This document shows, piece by piece, positions 35,992 to 46,901 of a stretch of 64,000 nucleotides of DNA. The notes below the pieces were generated by a model. The model did not search any database. It was not told the DNA's origin and worked only from the letters and a program-made list of their open reading frames with translations. The stretch is from IMG/VR virus record IMGVR_UViG_3300009092_000015, positions 547 through 64,546 of that record; one strand, given 5' to 3'. This DNA comes from a virus (taxonomy: Duplodnaviria; Caudoviricetes). How positions within the stretch are numbered: the stretch's first letter is position 1; each line of letters begins with the position of its first letter. Position numbers and translations under genes: made by a program.

Positions 35992-36741
35992 GTGCTTTCC
36001 GAAACTATTCTGAATTTCATGGAACGTCACGGGTGGATTGCTCGACGTAATAAAGCGTCTGCTGGCATCAAGACCCATAATACGTACCGGATTAAGATCT
36101 ATGGTCCGGATGGGAAGCTGAAGGATGAAGCGGAAGGTACCAATATCACGGTTAACGTGGGCCTTAACGATGTACTGAATCAGTACTTCAAAGGGTCGGC
36201 ATATACTGCTTCGTTCTTCGTTGGCCTAAAGGGCTCAGGTACCGTGTCCGCTGCCGATACCATGGCGTCTCATGCTGGTTGGGCAGAACTGACAAGTTAT
36301 TCACAGTCTACTCGGCCAGCGCTGGTTCTAGGATCGGTAGCTTCCCAGGCAGTGAATAATTCGGCATCGAAGGCTACGTTCTCGATTACCGGACCTATTA
36401 CGATTACTGGAGCCTTCGTCACGACAAATAATACAGTAGGTGGGACTACTGGAACCCTGTTCGGCGTGGCAGACTTTGTAGCTAGTGGGACCGTCAATAC
36501 GTCGGGGACCACGGTTACCTATGTATCTGGGACTCAGTTCAGTGCTGCCTGGAATGGCCAGTCGATTACGATCAATTCGGTAAACTACACCATCTCCAGT
36601 GTCACTAATGCTACTACTTTGGTCCTTACTGGTAGCGCCGGTTCCCAAAGCGGCGTAGCGTTCTCTACCGTGAATACCAAGCTTCCCAGCAGTGGGGATA
36701 GCATTGCCGTAGAAATCGATCTTTCCGCAGCGACTGCTTAG
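35992..36741 (+). CDS. virion structural protein
   Basis: GTG start after AGGAGG; NITVNVGLNDVLNQYFKGS.YTA.FFVGL motif. Confidence 0.65.
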   Translation: MLSETILNFMERHGWIARRNKASAGIKTHNTYRIKIYGPDGKLKDEAEGTNITVNVGLNDVLNQYFKGSAYTASFFVGLKGSGTVSAADTMASHAGWAELTSYSQSTRPALVLGSVASQAVNNSASKATFSITGPITITGAFVTTNNTVGGTTGTLFGVADFVASGTVNTSGTTVTYVSGTQFSAAWNGQSITINSVNYTISSVTNATTLVLTGSAGSQSGVAFSTVNTKLPSSGDSIAVEIDLSAATA

Positions 36742-36747
36742 TCTCTG

Positions 36748-38328
36748 ATGCCGACTATTACCCCGATTCAGTCTGCGATTGCCGGTGAGACGGTACAGCA
36801 GAGCGTACAGGTCACTTATGCATCCAATGTGGTGTCAGGTGACCTGTTACTGGCATTGGTTTGGTGGTATCTGTCGGCGGATGGAGTCTTTACAGTCAGT
36901 GATGATCAGGGGAATACATATACGGAGGATGTCGGTCAGTCCTTCCAGTATAATCCCGGTGGTACTCCTTTTAATAACTGGCTCAGGTGCTCGATATTCA
37001 GTGCTGTATCTGGGACTGGAGGAGTACGGCCCACTGTAACCGCTAATGCCCCCTCCGGTGGGGCCGGTGTCATTGGGGCTATCTGTGTTCAGGAATATGG
37101 ACCTCCTTCTAGCCCCAGATCGGGCGGAACTGGCTCGGCATTCGAGGATGGGAGTGGATTTACCACTAATCCTACTACCAGTTTGACTACTACTGCCGCT
37201 AACGAGCTACTGGTAGACTTCGCGGCATTGATTAACGGTCAGGTAACAGGTCAGGGAACAGGATGGACATTACATGATGATTGGCCGAATGATGCCTACA
37301 TAGCCTATAAGACTTCAGGGGCTACGGGGTCCTATACCGCCGATATGACCGGAGTTATTCATGGCGGGATCATGGCTTGGGTTATCGTCGTAGCTGGGTA
37401 TAAGTTTCCAACAGGGATAAATTACACAGACTCGATAACGTTAGGGACGGCAAGTGGACTATCTGACTCGGTGGCTAATTCCATAGTTCAGTCTTTGCCG
37501 TTGGGAATGACTGCCAGTGATGTCCCATTGGGATCTGGTGCATTCTCCCAAACCCTACTGATGGGACTGATCCAGTCGTTCGCGGAGATTCTACAGGGTA
37601 ACTGGTTAGGGGTAGCTCAGTTCTCCCAGGGGTATGCTGAAGTTAATCTGCCAAGCGTGGCATATACGTACCCAGTAGCTATGGCATTAGCTGAGGTGAT
37701 AGCTACCTCGGTGTTGGTATCCATATCGGGAATATCCGGACTCGGAATCCTTAGCCATTTAGCGGATATAGGAAATGACGATACTTCGGCTGCTGCATCC
37801 CTAGGGCAGGCTTTAGGAGTATTAACATTAGGCCAAAGAGCCTTCATTGACTCACTGGCATTCGGTATCCTCCAGGGGCTGACAGCCGACTCCGGCAAGG
37901 CGATTGTAGACGTTATAACGTTCACCGGCATACTTGGAAACAATGCGGTTCCGGCATATCAGGGAAGGGGGATTGCATCAGAGGGAGTGGGCATCCTGAC
38001 GGCCCCGGTGGTGAATAATAACTTCTCGGCAATCGCTGCCTTAGCGTACCTATTAGCTACCCAGGCCGATACAGGTAGTAAGGCCTTAGAGGCAATCCTC
38101 GGACTGGCTATTGGGACTGCCTTGGCTGCTAAGCCGGGTATCTTACTTCAAGGAAGTATCTCACTTAGGGATGTGTATCTGCTGTTTGATTCCCTTCCCG
38201 CCGGACTACTTCCAGGACTTGCTACAGTGTTTGCTCAACTGGTTTACAAGAGCGCATTGTCGGATACCTCAGGATCTGCTACCTTATCTGCTCAGAAGGT
38301 CTACAAAGGGGAAGTAAGTGACATATAA
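36748..38328 (+). CDS. virion structural protein (beta-rich)
   Basis: 526-aa ORF in head region. Confidence 0.6.
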   Translation: MPTITPIQSAIAGETVQQSVQVTYASNVVSGDLLLALVWWYLSADGVFTVSDDQGNTYTEDVGQSFQYNPGGTPFNNWLRCSIFSAVSGTGGVRPTVTANAPSGGAGVIGAICVQEYGPPSSPRSGGTGSAFEDGSGFTTNPTTSLTTTAANELLVDFAALINGQVTGQGTGWTLHDDWPNDAYIAYKTSGATGSYTADMTGVIHGGIMAWVIVVAGYKFPTGINYTDSITLGTASGLSDSVANSIVQSLPLGMTASDVPLGSGAFSQTLLMGLIQSFAEILQGNWLGVAQFSQGYAEVNLPSVAYTYPVAMALAEVIATSVLVSISGISGLGILSHLADIGNDDTSAAASLGQALGVLTLGQRAFIDSLAFGILQGLTADSGKAIVDVITFTGILGNNAVPAYQGRGIASEGVGILTAPVVNNNFSAIAALAYLLATQADTGSKALEAILGLAIGTALAAKPGILLQGSISLRDVYLLFDSLPAGLLPGLATVFAQLVYKSALSDTSGSATLSAQKVYKGEVSDI

Positions 38329-39265
38329 CATTGGGGATCTGGTTAGGCTCACAGTCGTATTCACCGATATTGCTAAGGTACCGGAGAATCCCACCACGGT
38401 TGTGTTGGAAATCCTTGCCCCAGATGGGACGACCGTAACTCCCCCTGCGATTACTAATCCAACTACGGGAACCTTCTATGCCGATCTGCCGATTGCCCAA
38501 TCGGGAATCTATAAGTATAGGTATACCGGGAATGGAAGCGTCCAGGCAGTTCAGGAAGGGCAGATAGTTGTATCCCCAAGTTCTCTGTATCCGGTTCCCG
38601 ACATTGATCTGACTACGTTGGAGATTGTCAAGGATTATCTGACGGTTTGTGATTCCAAGTCGGATACAGTCATCTCCTGGGCTATCACGTCGGCCAGTAT
38701 CTATTGGCTGTGGAGAACCGGCCAGGGGAACGCAGATGGGTCGGTGCCTACGCATTCCCCTTATGTCAGTCCGCAGCCTTACAGTGAATGGTACGACGGG
38801 AATGGCAACGATAGGCTGTTCCTGCGACATTCCCCGATTGTGTCGGTTCAAGCCTTGAACATTAATGGGGTAGCCGTCAGGGCATCTTCGACATTCGGGG
38901 ATGGAGGATTCGTAGTAGATCAGAATGGCCGTTCACTGACTTTCCGATCCTCCGGTTCTGGTGTATCCAGGGGAGTGAACCAGGGTTACGGGTATGCTTA
39001 TTCATCCTTCTTCCCGGCCTGTGGGTTCTCCCTTGGGACCCAGAACATTCAGGTGCAATATACGGCAGGGTTTGTGACTACACCGCTGGACATCAATGAA
39101 GCGGTTACGGAGATGGTAGCCTTGACTGTTAAGCGGCGTGGCTGGTTGGACTTTAAGCAACAGGCAATGCCCGATACGATTGGCACTATCACCTACCGTG
39201 ATTGGATTTTCACCCCGAAGATTATATCTGTGATGGAGAACTACGCCAGGAGAGCCCAGGTATGA
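38318..39265 (+). CDS. head-tail connector (gp6-like) with N-terminal Ig-like domain
   Basis: DLTTLEIVKDYL, EWYDGNGNDRLFL...PIVSV, VQYTAGF...PLDI..A. Confidence 0.75.
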   Translation: MTYNIGDLVRLTVVFTDIAKVPENPTTVVLEILAPDGTTVTPPAITNPTTGTFYADLPIAQSGIYKYRYTGNGSVQAVQEGQIVVSPSSLYPVPDIDLTTLEIVKDYLTVCDSKSDTVISWAITSASIYWLWRTGQGNADGSVPTHSPYVSPQPYSEWYDGNGNDRLFLRHSPIVSVQALNINGVAVRASSTFGDGGFVVDQNGRSLTFRSSGSGVSRGVNQGYGYAYSSFFPACGFSLGTQNIQVQYTAGFVTTPLDINEAVTEMVALTVKRRGWLDFKQQAMPDTIGTITYRDWIFTPKIISVMENYARRAQV

Positions 39266-39828
39266 GTACCCCGGCTATCAGCTTCACGGCTAGTAACTTC
39301 GTCCTGGAACGCCTACTGGATACCGCCAATGATGGGTTTAATCAGCTAATCCTGGAAACTACAGCGACCTACGGAGTTACTCCGTTTCAGCTAAGTGACT
39401 CGGGGAATGCCCCAAATCTCCTGGTGGGCAGGTTCGACCTTCCCAGTCTGATTAAATCTGGGTTCCAGCCGAATTATCCACTGTGTATCATGTCAGTGGC
39501 TAAGAGTGACACTATTGGCCGCAACTCATTGCAGGTTACTCCGAGCACCTTCTCAGGCAGCATTATAGTATCCTTGGATTTCTACGTAGTTACTGACTGC
39601 GGCTCGGTACCTGCCGATGGGCAGAGCGTGTATCAGGCTGTAGAGGATGCAGTCGTAGGAGCCTTCAGCACGGATGTTTCGTATGCGTTAATGCCTCAAG
39701 GGCTCACATTCAACGACGAGGCATTGGTGGAACAGGGAAGGATGGAGTTCGGCCCACTGAGTTCCAGCGGGGACCCCGTATGGTGCCAGATGATTGCCTG
39801 TACCTTGGTATTCCGGAGGGTGGCATGA
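39262..39828 (+). CDS. head-tail joining/tail terminator-like protein
   Basis: Start reassigned to ATG 39262 overlapping the upstream TGA; position. Confidence 0.55.
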   Translation: MSTPAISFTASNFVLERLLDTANDGFNQLILETTATYGVTPFQLSDSGNAPNLLVGRFDLPSLIKSGFQPNYPLCIMSVAKSDTIGRNSLQVTPSTFSGSIIVSLDFYVVTDCGSVPADGQSVYQAVEDAVVGAFSTDVSYALMPQGLTFNDEALVEQGRMEFGPLSSSGDPVWCQMIACTLVFRRVA

Positions 39829-40373
39829 TCGACTTCGAATTTACAGGCCCAGGTGGCCGGGATATCCAGACTTCGTTTGAGATTCTACTCCGCGATATCC
39901 AGCCAACTAAGGAGGATATAGCCAAAGCTGGTAGCTATCTGGTGGGAAGGATCAGGGAACGGACATTATCCGGGGTGGACTATGAGGGTAACTCCTTTGC
40001 TGCATATAGTCCCACGTATGCACTTCGGAAGCGTAGCGCCAGGGTGGATCTGTTCAGTTCCAGCAACGATACCCATATGTTGGATGCCCTGACGTTCAGG
40101 CAGCAGTCGGATTCAAGCCTTGAAGTTGGCGTATTCGGGGACGAACGTATAGCTACTAGGGCTAGGGCATTGAATGAGGGTATGGAATTCCAAACCAGGG
40201 CTGGCAGTGGTCCTGAGGGATTCCGCAACCATCCTGGTAGGAAGAAACCCAAGGGTAAGAAGCTATTCGGCCTGATTCCCCCTAGACGTTGGCTGGCTCC
40301 ATCCGAGGCAGACCTTACCCAGATGGAAGAAATCATTGTTGCATCGGCATTGGAAAGACTAAATCGGAAATGA
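39825..40373 (+). CDS. virion morphogenesis (neck/tail completion) protein
   Basis: IRERTLSGVDYEG..FAAYS..YA..K; IPPRRWL. Confidence 0.7.
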   Translation: MIDFEFTGPGGRDIQTSFEILLRDIQPTKEDIAKAGSYLVGRIRERTLSGVDYEGNSFAAYSPTYALRKRSARVDLFSSSNDTHMLDALTFRQQSDSSLEVGVFGDERIATRARALNEGMEFQTRAGSGPEGFRNHPGRKKPKGKKLFGLIPPRRWLAPSEADLTQMEEIIVASALERLNRK

Positions 40374-40382
40374 GGTGTTCTT

Positions 40383-40736
40383 ATGGGTGTATATAGGTAC
40401 GTAGGAGGAGCCCCGGCAGAACTGCTGGACTCCCCGTTCAAATTTACTCGATTCGGCCAGACAGTAGAGATGCCTGATGACTTGGCGGAACACGCTATAG
40501 CCCATAGGGTCCCTCTTATTCCGGTCGAGATTTGGGACTCAGTATCGGTCACGGATGCCGAGCTTAAGCGGCACGCTAGGTTTGAGTCCCATGTGCAGGC
40601 ATCCCCGGAGTTTATCTCCAAGCGGGATGCCTTGTGGCGTAAGTTCGTAGATCATCACGAGGGGGTCTTGGAGAAGCGGAAACCCAAGGTCTCGGATGCG
40701 GAAGAACCTACTAAGTCTACTGAGGAGGTTGGATAA
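40383..40736 (+). CDS. hypothetical structural-region protein
   Basis: SD GAGG, coupled to next gene. Confidence 0.6.
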   Translation: MGVYRYVGGAPAELLDSPFKFTRFGQTVEMPDDLAEHAIAHRVPLIPVEIWDSVSVTDAELKRHARFESHVQASPEFISKRDALWRKFVDHHEGVLEKRKPKVSDAEEPTKSTEEVG

Positions 40737-41800
40737 TGCCCAACTTTAATAGTCCGAGATATCAGCGCTGGTATGTTCAGCAGCAGGCGAGTCTGTTGTC
40801 GTTTAATAACTCCTCGGGGACATGGTCTCCTTCCGGAGCCCAACTGATCCGAGTAGACGCGAACAGCGTTACGGTGAGTAGGAACGCCCCCTATTCTCGA
40901 TTCCCAGTCTTGACTGGAACGAGGTCCGAGGTAGCGGGTATCAGAGGGCGTAAGTTAGCCTCTTGGTCGATTCGCGGTATGCCGCTGATTCCATCGGGTA
41001 CCGCCGGGACGGTGCCGGATTCGGATATCATACTTCAGAACATCTTCGGGCAGGCTTCCACGTCAGGTTCCGGTGGCCCTTATTCTGGGACTATTCGGAC
41101 TTACTCATTCCTGGATTCCGGATATCCGGCATTCAGTATGTTCGGGTTCGTCCATGGGATTTCGACACTTACGCAGCGGGCCTTGTGGGCGTGTTTCGTA
41201 AGCCGTGCTACGTTCAACTTCAACGGCTTGTTCATGACGGTAGATCTCGAAGGGTTCGCCGGATATGAAATCGACAGTACTGGGTTCTCGGTATTCGACT
41301 CTCAGGCTAAGGCTGGGCTTACTACTTACCCGACTGAGCCAAGCAGTCCGACTACAGTAGGGGCTCCGATTGCAGGTTTCGGTAATGGCTATACCTGCAC
41401 TATCGATGCCCAGACGATTGAACTTAAGATGCGGGCACTAAGTGTCACGGTAGAGACTGGGTATGTCCCAGTAGCTGACGTTTATGGGTCTCCGTATCTG
41501 GTTGCTGCGGTCGGTGATGCCCGCCGTATCAGTATTAACCTCGGGGATGCGCTGGACGATGACTCTGCTGCCTTGAACGATATCAAGACCAAGGCGGATA
41601 CTGACAACGTTATTATCAATGCCAGTATCGTAGCTGGGAACACTGCGGGGTCGAGCTTCCAGTTCAATATGAACAATGTGCAACCGAATGCTTTCAACCT
41701 CCGGGATAACGGGCCGACTGTGGCTTTCGAAATGCCTACCAGTTATGCCCATGCTTCGGCCCCTGGTCAGGTAGACGACTTCACGTTGGTGGCCTGTTAG
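40736..41800 (+). CDS. major tail tube protein
   Basis: 354 aa upstream of chaperone and tape measure; no sheath gene seen. Confidence 0.7.
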   Translation: MPNFNSPRYQRWYVQQQASLLSFNNSSGTWSPSGAQLIRVDANSVTVSRNAPYSRFPVLTGTRSEVAGIRGRKLASWSIRGMPLIPSGTAGTVPDSDIILQNIFGQASTSGSGGPYSGTIRTYSFLDSGYPAFSMFGFVHGISTLTQRALWACFVSRATFNFNGLFMTVDLEGFAGYEIDSTGFSVFDSQAKAGLTTYPTEPSSPTTVGAPIAGFGNGYTCTIDAQTIELKMRALSVTVETGYVPVADVYGSPYLVAAVGDARRISINLGDALDDDSAALNDIKTKADTDNVIINASIVAGNTAGSSFQFNMNNVQPNAFNLRDNGPTVAFEMPTSYAHASAPGQVDDFTLVAC

Positions 41801-41808
41801 GGGCATCT

Positions 41809-42285
41809 ATGACTAGAAGGGATCTGGTTCATACTCTAATCGGAGGAGCGGTATTGGGAACCTTACCCTTGCCGACTAAGAGGGGGCCTACTTACACCTC
41901 GCCTATATCCCTACGGCATGTCCGGACTAACTGGGTAGACCTGAGTATGGAGAGTAATAACGATCCATGGTCTTGGGTCTCTCCGGATATCAAACGTCAG
42001 TGTCTGCTTAAGGGATATGCGAATCCGCTCGGGCACATCCGTGGTTATATGAACGGAGTAGATATAAGCCTACAGTCGGATGCGGCCTACGAGGAGACTG
42101 GATTCGTATCCTTGATAGCCAAATCTTCTAAGACTGGGAACTTTATTTCCCATAGACTCCCACCGGAGCATCTAGACAGTGTCGAGACGGCACAGGCCGA
42201 GGGTCGCTGGTTACTATGGTCTCTCAGGTCCCCGGTGGTCCATGAGTTCCTGAACAACCAAGTAGTAAGAATCGAAGTTGTCTAA
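41809..42285 (+). CDS. hypothetical protein with Tat-like N-terminus
   Basis: MTRRDLVHTLIGGAVLG resembles a twin-arginine leader. Confidence 0.5.
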   Translation: MTRRDLVHTLIGGAVLGTLPLPTKRGPTYTSPISLRHVRTNWVDLSMESNNDPWSWVSPDIKRQCLLKGYANPLGHIRGYMNGVDISLQSDAAYEETGFVSLIAKSSKTGNFISHRLPPEHLDSVETAQAEGRWLLWSLRSPVVHEFLNNQVVRIEVV

Positions 42286-42300
42286 CGTTTAGCAGATTGG

Positions 42301-42975
42301 ATGGCCTTGTACATCATGATCGAATATTGCAGCACGTCGGAGTTCGAGAGTGTATTAGCCCCAGGGGTGAAATACATTCTCCAGAAAATGAGTCATGGGA
42401 GGAGGATGATCCTAAACCAATCAGCTTCCCCCATCTACTCTGAGATGAATGAGATTCAGCGACGGATAGACGTTATCCAAGAAGAACTGGATAGGGCCGA
42501 ATCCGAGGCGAAAATCTCACCATGTAGTTGTAAGCATCCAGTGGACCCTGATCCCAAAGCTGATTGTCATGATGTGGAATCAGGCCGATGCATCAAGCCT
42601 GGATGTTCCTGCCGCAAACCCCAACCAGATCGGGAAATAGGCGACTACCAGAAGAAAGCCGAACTGGAACTGGAAATGTACGAGCTTGTGGTCAATAAGC
42701 TCTACCCGGCTTACGTCCGCTGGGCGGTAGTGTCCGTTCAAGGCTTGAAGATTCAACTCCCCTCAGGGTCATTCGTGGATGCCAATCCTGATACCCTCCT
42801 TTCCGATGGTCCGGAATTCCTAATCCCGGAACTCGGGGAGCATATCCAGAAGCTGATGAAGCTGAGCCCCGATGAAGTTATGGGTTTCAAGCCGCCTACC
42901 ACTTCCGCCGCACAGGTGGCTGGCAAGATAAGCGATATAGTTGCGGTTCCTGCCGTAGAGATAGCGCATATCTAA
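42301..42975 (+). CDS. tail assembly chaperone (gpG-like)
   Basis: Between tube and tape measure; slippery G GGT TTC at 42882. Confidence 0.75.
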   Translation: MALYIMIEYCSTSEFESVLAPGVKYILQKMSHGRRMILNQSASPIYSEMNEIQRRIDVIQEELDRAESEAKISPCSCKHPVDPDPKADCHDVESGRCIKPGCSCRKPQPDREIGDYQKKAELELEMYELVVNKLYPAYVRWAVVSVQGLKIQLPSGSFVDANPDTLLSDGPEFLIPELGEHIQKLMKLSPDEVMGFKPPTTSAAQVAGKISDIVAVPAVEIAHI

Positions 42976-43337
42976 AGCGGCATTGCAAGAAGTACTTCCC
43001 GGAACTGATTAAGTCCGGGGAGCACCCCTCCGAGACCTGGACTCCAGCGTATCCCCTCAAGGTTATCCAGGATGGTGGCCCACGCGACATGATGGCTACG
43101 CTTACCGACCTCCAACAGGATGAGTGTCCGATGTCGGCCATACTTCGTCATCCGGAGATGGACGCGATGGTAACCGAAGTCCTGAATATGCAGCGAGTCA
43201 AGGAAATGAGTGGGGCAGTCCCATATGGTATGGATTGCTCCGAATGGCCTAGTCGGTGGTATGACGTAGTTCGCATTGCCAAGATCGAAGAGGATCGGGC
43301 AGAGATAGCTAAGGATGAAGTTAGGGAGAAACGATAA
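42882..43337 (+). CDS. -1 frameshift extension of the tail assembly chaperone (gpGT-like)
   Basis: The -1 frame is open from 42882 through ORF 43089..43337. Confidence 0.75.
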   Translation, partial: GFQAAYHFRRTGGWQDKRYSCGSCRRDSAYLKRHCKKYFPELIKSGEHPSETWTPAYPLKVIQDGGPRDMMATLTDLQQDECPMSAILRHPEMDAMVTEVLNMQRVKEMSGAVPYGMDCSEWPSRWYDVVRIAKIEEDRAEIAKDEVREKR

Positions 43338-46300
43338 TGGCTGGATCTCAGGACTACGGGCTTAATTTTCTCATTAAGCAGTACGGGCAGGAGAACCTTC
43401 TTGGCATTACTTCGGCTATTGGAGATGCGGCTAGGCGTGCTAAGGAAGCTAAGGAGCAGTCTCAGCTTTGGGGGGAGGCAATTAAGAAGGCTGCGGATCT
43501 GGCGGGGGTAAGTGTCAAGGGTGTAAATGATCAGATTCGGCAGCAGTCGAAGGATTTAGATGAGGCTAGGAGAGCTACCGAGAGGTTGGCGGCTGAAGAA
43601 AAGAAAAGGTACGAAGATGGGCTGAGATTCCTACGTAATAGAGAAGCTAATGAGGCCAGGGATGCTGCCAATCGACTGGCTAGGCAGAGGGCCGAAGACT
43701 CAGCTTTCAGATCGGCATTTGGGGGATCTGGTGGTGGCGATGGGGGAAGTGGAAGCGGTGGAGGTGGCAGTAGCCTATTTGGCCGGGTAGGTGGTCGTGT
43801 CCTCGGTGCAGAGGTCCTGGGACGTGGACTAGGAATTCCCGGTGGTGGTTTCATTGGTTCCCAGTTGGCATATGGATCAGGCCTAAGCGGTGGGGCAGCG
43901 CTAGGTCTTGGGGCAGCGGCTGTAGGAGTTGTAGGTGCCTATGCACTTACTAAGCTGATCGAAGATACGACTAAGTATGCGCAGGAACAGCTTAATCTGG
44001 CTAGGGCGACCGGACTTACTGTACAGCAGACGCAGGCCTTGGGCCGGGTCTCGGAAATTACAGGGACCCAGGCTAATGGTCTATTCACTGTGTTACGTAA
44101 GATGAACGATAGTCTGATCGGGGGAGGGGCCGCAGCCCGTAATGTAGAAACTGGACTCAAAGAGTTGGGCCTGACGATGGATACAGCCTTTAAGGCTCCG
44201 GAAGCCCAGCTTAGGGACCTGTTTGGGGCATTACAGAAAATTACTAGCATAGCGGAGCGCGGTAGGATCATTGACCAGATATTTGGATCAGGAGCCAAGG
44301 ATACACTGCTCGCCCAGGTGGATAAGTTCGAACGCCTATATGAGATTACCAAGAAGGGTGTCATTGATGAGAAGTCACTTAAGCAGTTAGAAGACTTCAA
44401 GGAAAAGGCCTCGATAGCTGGCTTGGAATGGGACAAGCTTAAGGAGACTTTGGCCGTCAAGGCGGTAGGATTCATCGAACTTATATTCTCCACTGGTGGG
44501 AAGCTGGACCTCAGTCCCAGAAATGTTGCCGATAAGGTGGGTACCTTCCTACAAGGCCCAATCGGTATGTATAACCGGGCCGTATATGAGGGGGCCAGGG
44601 CTATACCGGGGGCCATCGGTGGGCTGTTCGGCAATGCGGTTAATAATGCTTTTGTCCAAGGGGCTGGAGGGGCCGATACAGGACCAGGGCCTTACGTGCC
44701 TAAGGGGCCTGCTACTCCCCAGGATGTAAAGGATGCCTCTAGGGTAGACGAGCGCAGCCGGATATACCGCATGCTGCAATCTAGTGGGGGAGATGAAGTA
44801 GAACGTATCCAGTCTACTATCTCCAACCTAGATACCGATATTAAGGCTGCTAGGGAGAAGGCGCTAGGGGAATCTGGGACCCTAGGGGATGCTCAGAAAG
44901 TTCAAGGCTTGGAGGCTCAGAGGGTAGGACTTAGAAGGCAGTTACAGATACAGCAGCAGATCAAGTCGGAGCTTCTATCGTTATCCGAGTTCGGGGGGAT
45001 AAGTACTGAGGCAGAAGGAGTAGAAGCAGCTAGGGCACTGACTCGCAGAGGGGCCTTTAGGGCAATTAAGGAATCCGGTACCGCAGGGCAGAGGCAAACT
45101 CTGCTGGGACTGACTACCCAGGCGATTGGTACCGGATATCCAACCTTATCTGGCGGGAGCCCTTACTTTGATCCGCTTAGCCGTATTGGGGAATTACGTG
45201 GCGGAAGTCTTAATGATTTGGCTGAGTACTATAAGGATTTGGCAGACAAGGAGCGTAGAGAGAAGCGGGAAGCTGACGAGGCAATTCGCGGTATCGATGT
45301 AACCCAGACCGGGTCCGATAAAGAGGCCAGAGGAGCCCAGTTATCCGGGATAGCGTCTATCCGGTTAAGTCAGGCAAGGGGTGATGCCTTTTCTAAGTAC
45401 GGACTAAGGCCTCTGGATATATCTAGGAGGCAGGCTGAGGCTGCATTATCTGCTAACCAGCAAGAGGGGGGAGTTCAGGAGGCGTTTATCAATGCCCAGA
45501 TTAAGAGTCGGCAAGCTGCATTGTATTCCCTCGGTCGGGTAGGTGGGGACGATGAAAAGGTAGGCCTGGAGACCGAGAAGAAGAGGGCTGAGATCGAGGA
45601 GTTACAGTTAGAACTCTCTGGCAAGCAGAACGATAGACTGACTAAGTCGGTAGACATCATTGCCAAATTTAATGATGCGGTGGACAAGTCAGCAGAGGCT
45701 ATCAGGTCGGAATTCGCATCTGGATTTGAGAGTATCATCCTCGGGGCTCAGAGGGGTGGAGGTAAAGGCCTCAAGGGAGCCCTACGTGGATTTGGTGAGC
45801 AACAGGAAGGCATCATCCTCCGCAACATTGGGGAGAAGGTATTCGACCAGATCAAGGGGCCATTGGGGAGTGTAGGTGGTAGCTTGCCGAAAAGCGTCCA
45901 AGACATTCTGAAAGGTACTATCCTCCAGGCTCCGGTGGATAAGATTAAGGACAATACCGATCAGATCAAGACTGACATTTCAGCTATCAGACAGGAGATT
46001 GAGAAGGCTTCAGGAGGGGCCGGGGGAACTAGTACCGGCACAGGTGGGACCGGAACCGGATCAAGTTCTCCTCTTGGCAATATACTTGGAACCCTCGGCT
46101 CGTTAAAGGGCGTTGGCGTATTCGGTGGCTCGGATGCCGGTGGGCTTATATTCCACAACCAAGACCCAGGTGGTGGAGGTGGTAGCGGAATCGGTGGCGG
46201 CACCTCGTCTGGGAGTATCGGCAAGATAGCTGGGGCTGTCGCGGGGGGTATCCTAGCCGCTCATGGTATATCCGATCTGACTAGGCCGGGGGCCAAATCC

Positions 46301-46882
46301 AAGATTGGTGGCATAGGGGAAATAGCCGGTGGTGGTGGAGCAGCCTTGACCGCTTTGGGGATAGGGGGCTTGGCCGGTCCTATTGGAATTGCTGCTGGTG
46401 CCCTGTTCGGTATCGTGAGTTCCTTCCTTGGGGATTCCAGGGAGTCCAGGGGTGCTCAGATATCGAAGAACTTATTCGGACAGCAGTACTTGGCACCTCA
46501 GGCGATTACATTGAACGAGTATGGGGGCGGATACTCCGACTTCGGTATCGATGGGTCAGTTCGGACGAGCAACTTTAGTCCCTACCCCACAGTGAGTAAT
46601 TCGTTTTTGGATGTCCCTAGGCGAACTGTAGTCCCAGGGCATACCATTTCCAGTTTTGGTGGAACTGACGCTGGGACACCTGGGGCTATTGTTACCCCTT
46701 CATCTCCCCGTGTTGCTGGGAATGCTGGGGCACCTTCGTACCATATAACGATTCAGGCATTGGATCATCAGAGCTTCCTAGATAATGCCGACAAAATTGT
46801 CGATGCATTTCATCGAGGATTGAATAACCAAGGGCATCCAGTTGTGAACGCCTTAGCTCAGGCCATGGGAGTTAGGGGCTAG
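43337..46882 (+). CDS. tape measure protein
   Basis: 1181 aa, Ala/Gly/Leu-rich helical, follows chaperone. Confidence 0.85.
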   Translation: MAGSQDYGLNFLIKQYGQENLLGITSAIGDAARRAKEAKEQSQLWGEAIKKAADLAGVSVKGVNDQIRQQSKDLDEARRATERLAAEEKKRYEDGLRFLRNREANEARDAANRLARQRAEDSAFRSAFGGSGGGDGGSGSGGGGSSLFGRVGGRVLGAEVLGRGLGIPGGGFIGSQLAYGSGLSGGAALGLGAAAVGVVGAYALTKLIEDTTKYAQEQLNLARATGLTVQQTQALGRVSEITGTQANGLFTVLRKMNDSLIGGGAAARNVETGLKELGLTMDTAFKAPEAQLRDLFGALQKITSIAERGRIIDQIFGSGAKDTLLAQVDKFERLYEITKKGVIDEKSLKQLEDFKEKASIAGLEWDKLKETLAVKAVGFIELIFSTGGKLDLSPRNVADKVGTFLQGPIGMYNRAVYEGARAIPGAIGGLFGNAVNNAFVQGAGGADTGPGPYVPKGPATPQDVKDASRVDERSRIYRMLQSSGGDEVERIQSTISNLDTDIKAAREKALGESGTLGDAQKVQGLEAQRVGLRRQLQIQQQIKSELLSLSEFGGISTEAEGVEAARALTRRGAFRAIKESGTAGQRQTLLGLTTQAIGTGYPTLSGGSPYFDPLSRIGELRGGSLNDLAEYYKDLADKERREKREADEAIRGIDVTQTGSDKEARGAQLSGIASIRLSQARGDAFSKYGLRPLDISRRQAEAALSANQQEGGVQEAFINAQIKSRQAALYSLGRVGGDDEKVGLETEKKRAEIEELQLELSGKQNDRLTKSVDIIAKFNDAVDKSAEAIRSEFASGFESIILGAQRGGGKGLKGALRGFGEQQEGIILRNIGEKVFDQIKGPLGSVGGSLPKSVQDILKGTILQAPVDKIKDNTDQIKTDISAIRQEIEKASGGAGGTSTGTGGTGTGSSSPLGNILGTLGSLKGVGVFGGSDAGGLIFHNQDPGGGGGSGIGGGTSSGSIGKIAGAVAGGILAAHGISDLTRPGAKSKIGGIGEIAGGGGAALTALGIGGLAGPIGIAAGALFGIVSSFLGDSRESRGAQISKNLFGQQYLAPQAITLNEYGGGYSDFGIDGSVRTSNFSPYPTVSNSFLDVPRRTVVPGHTISSFGGTDAGTPGAIVTPSSPRVAGNAGAPSYHITIQALDHQSFLDNADKIVDAFHRGLNNQGHPVVNALAQAMGVRG

Positions 46883-46901
46883 CTAGTTCAAGGCTTGAAC
46901 G

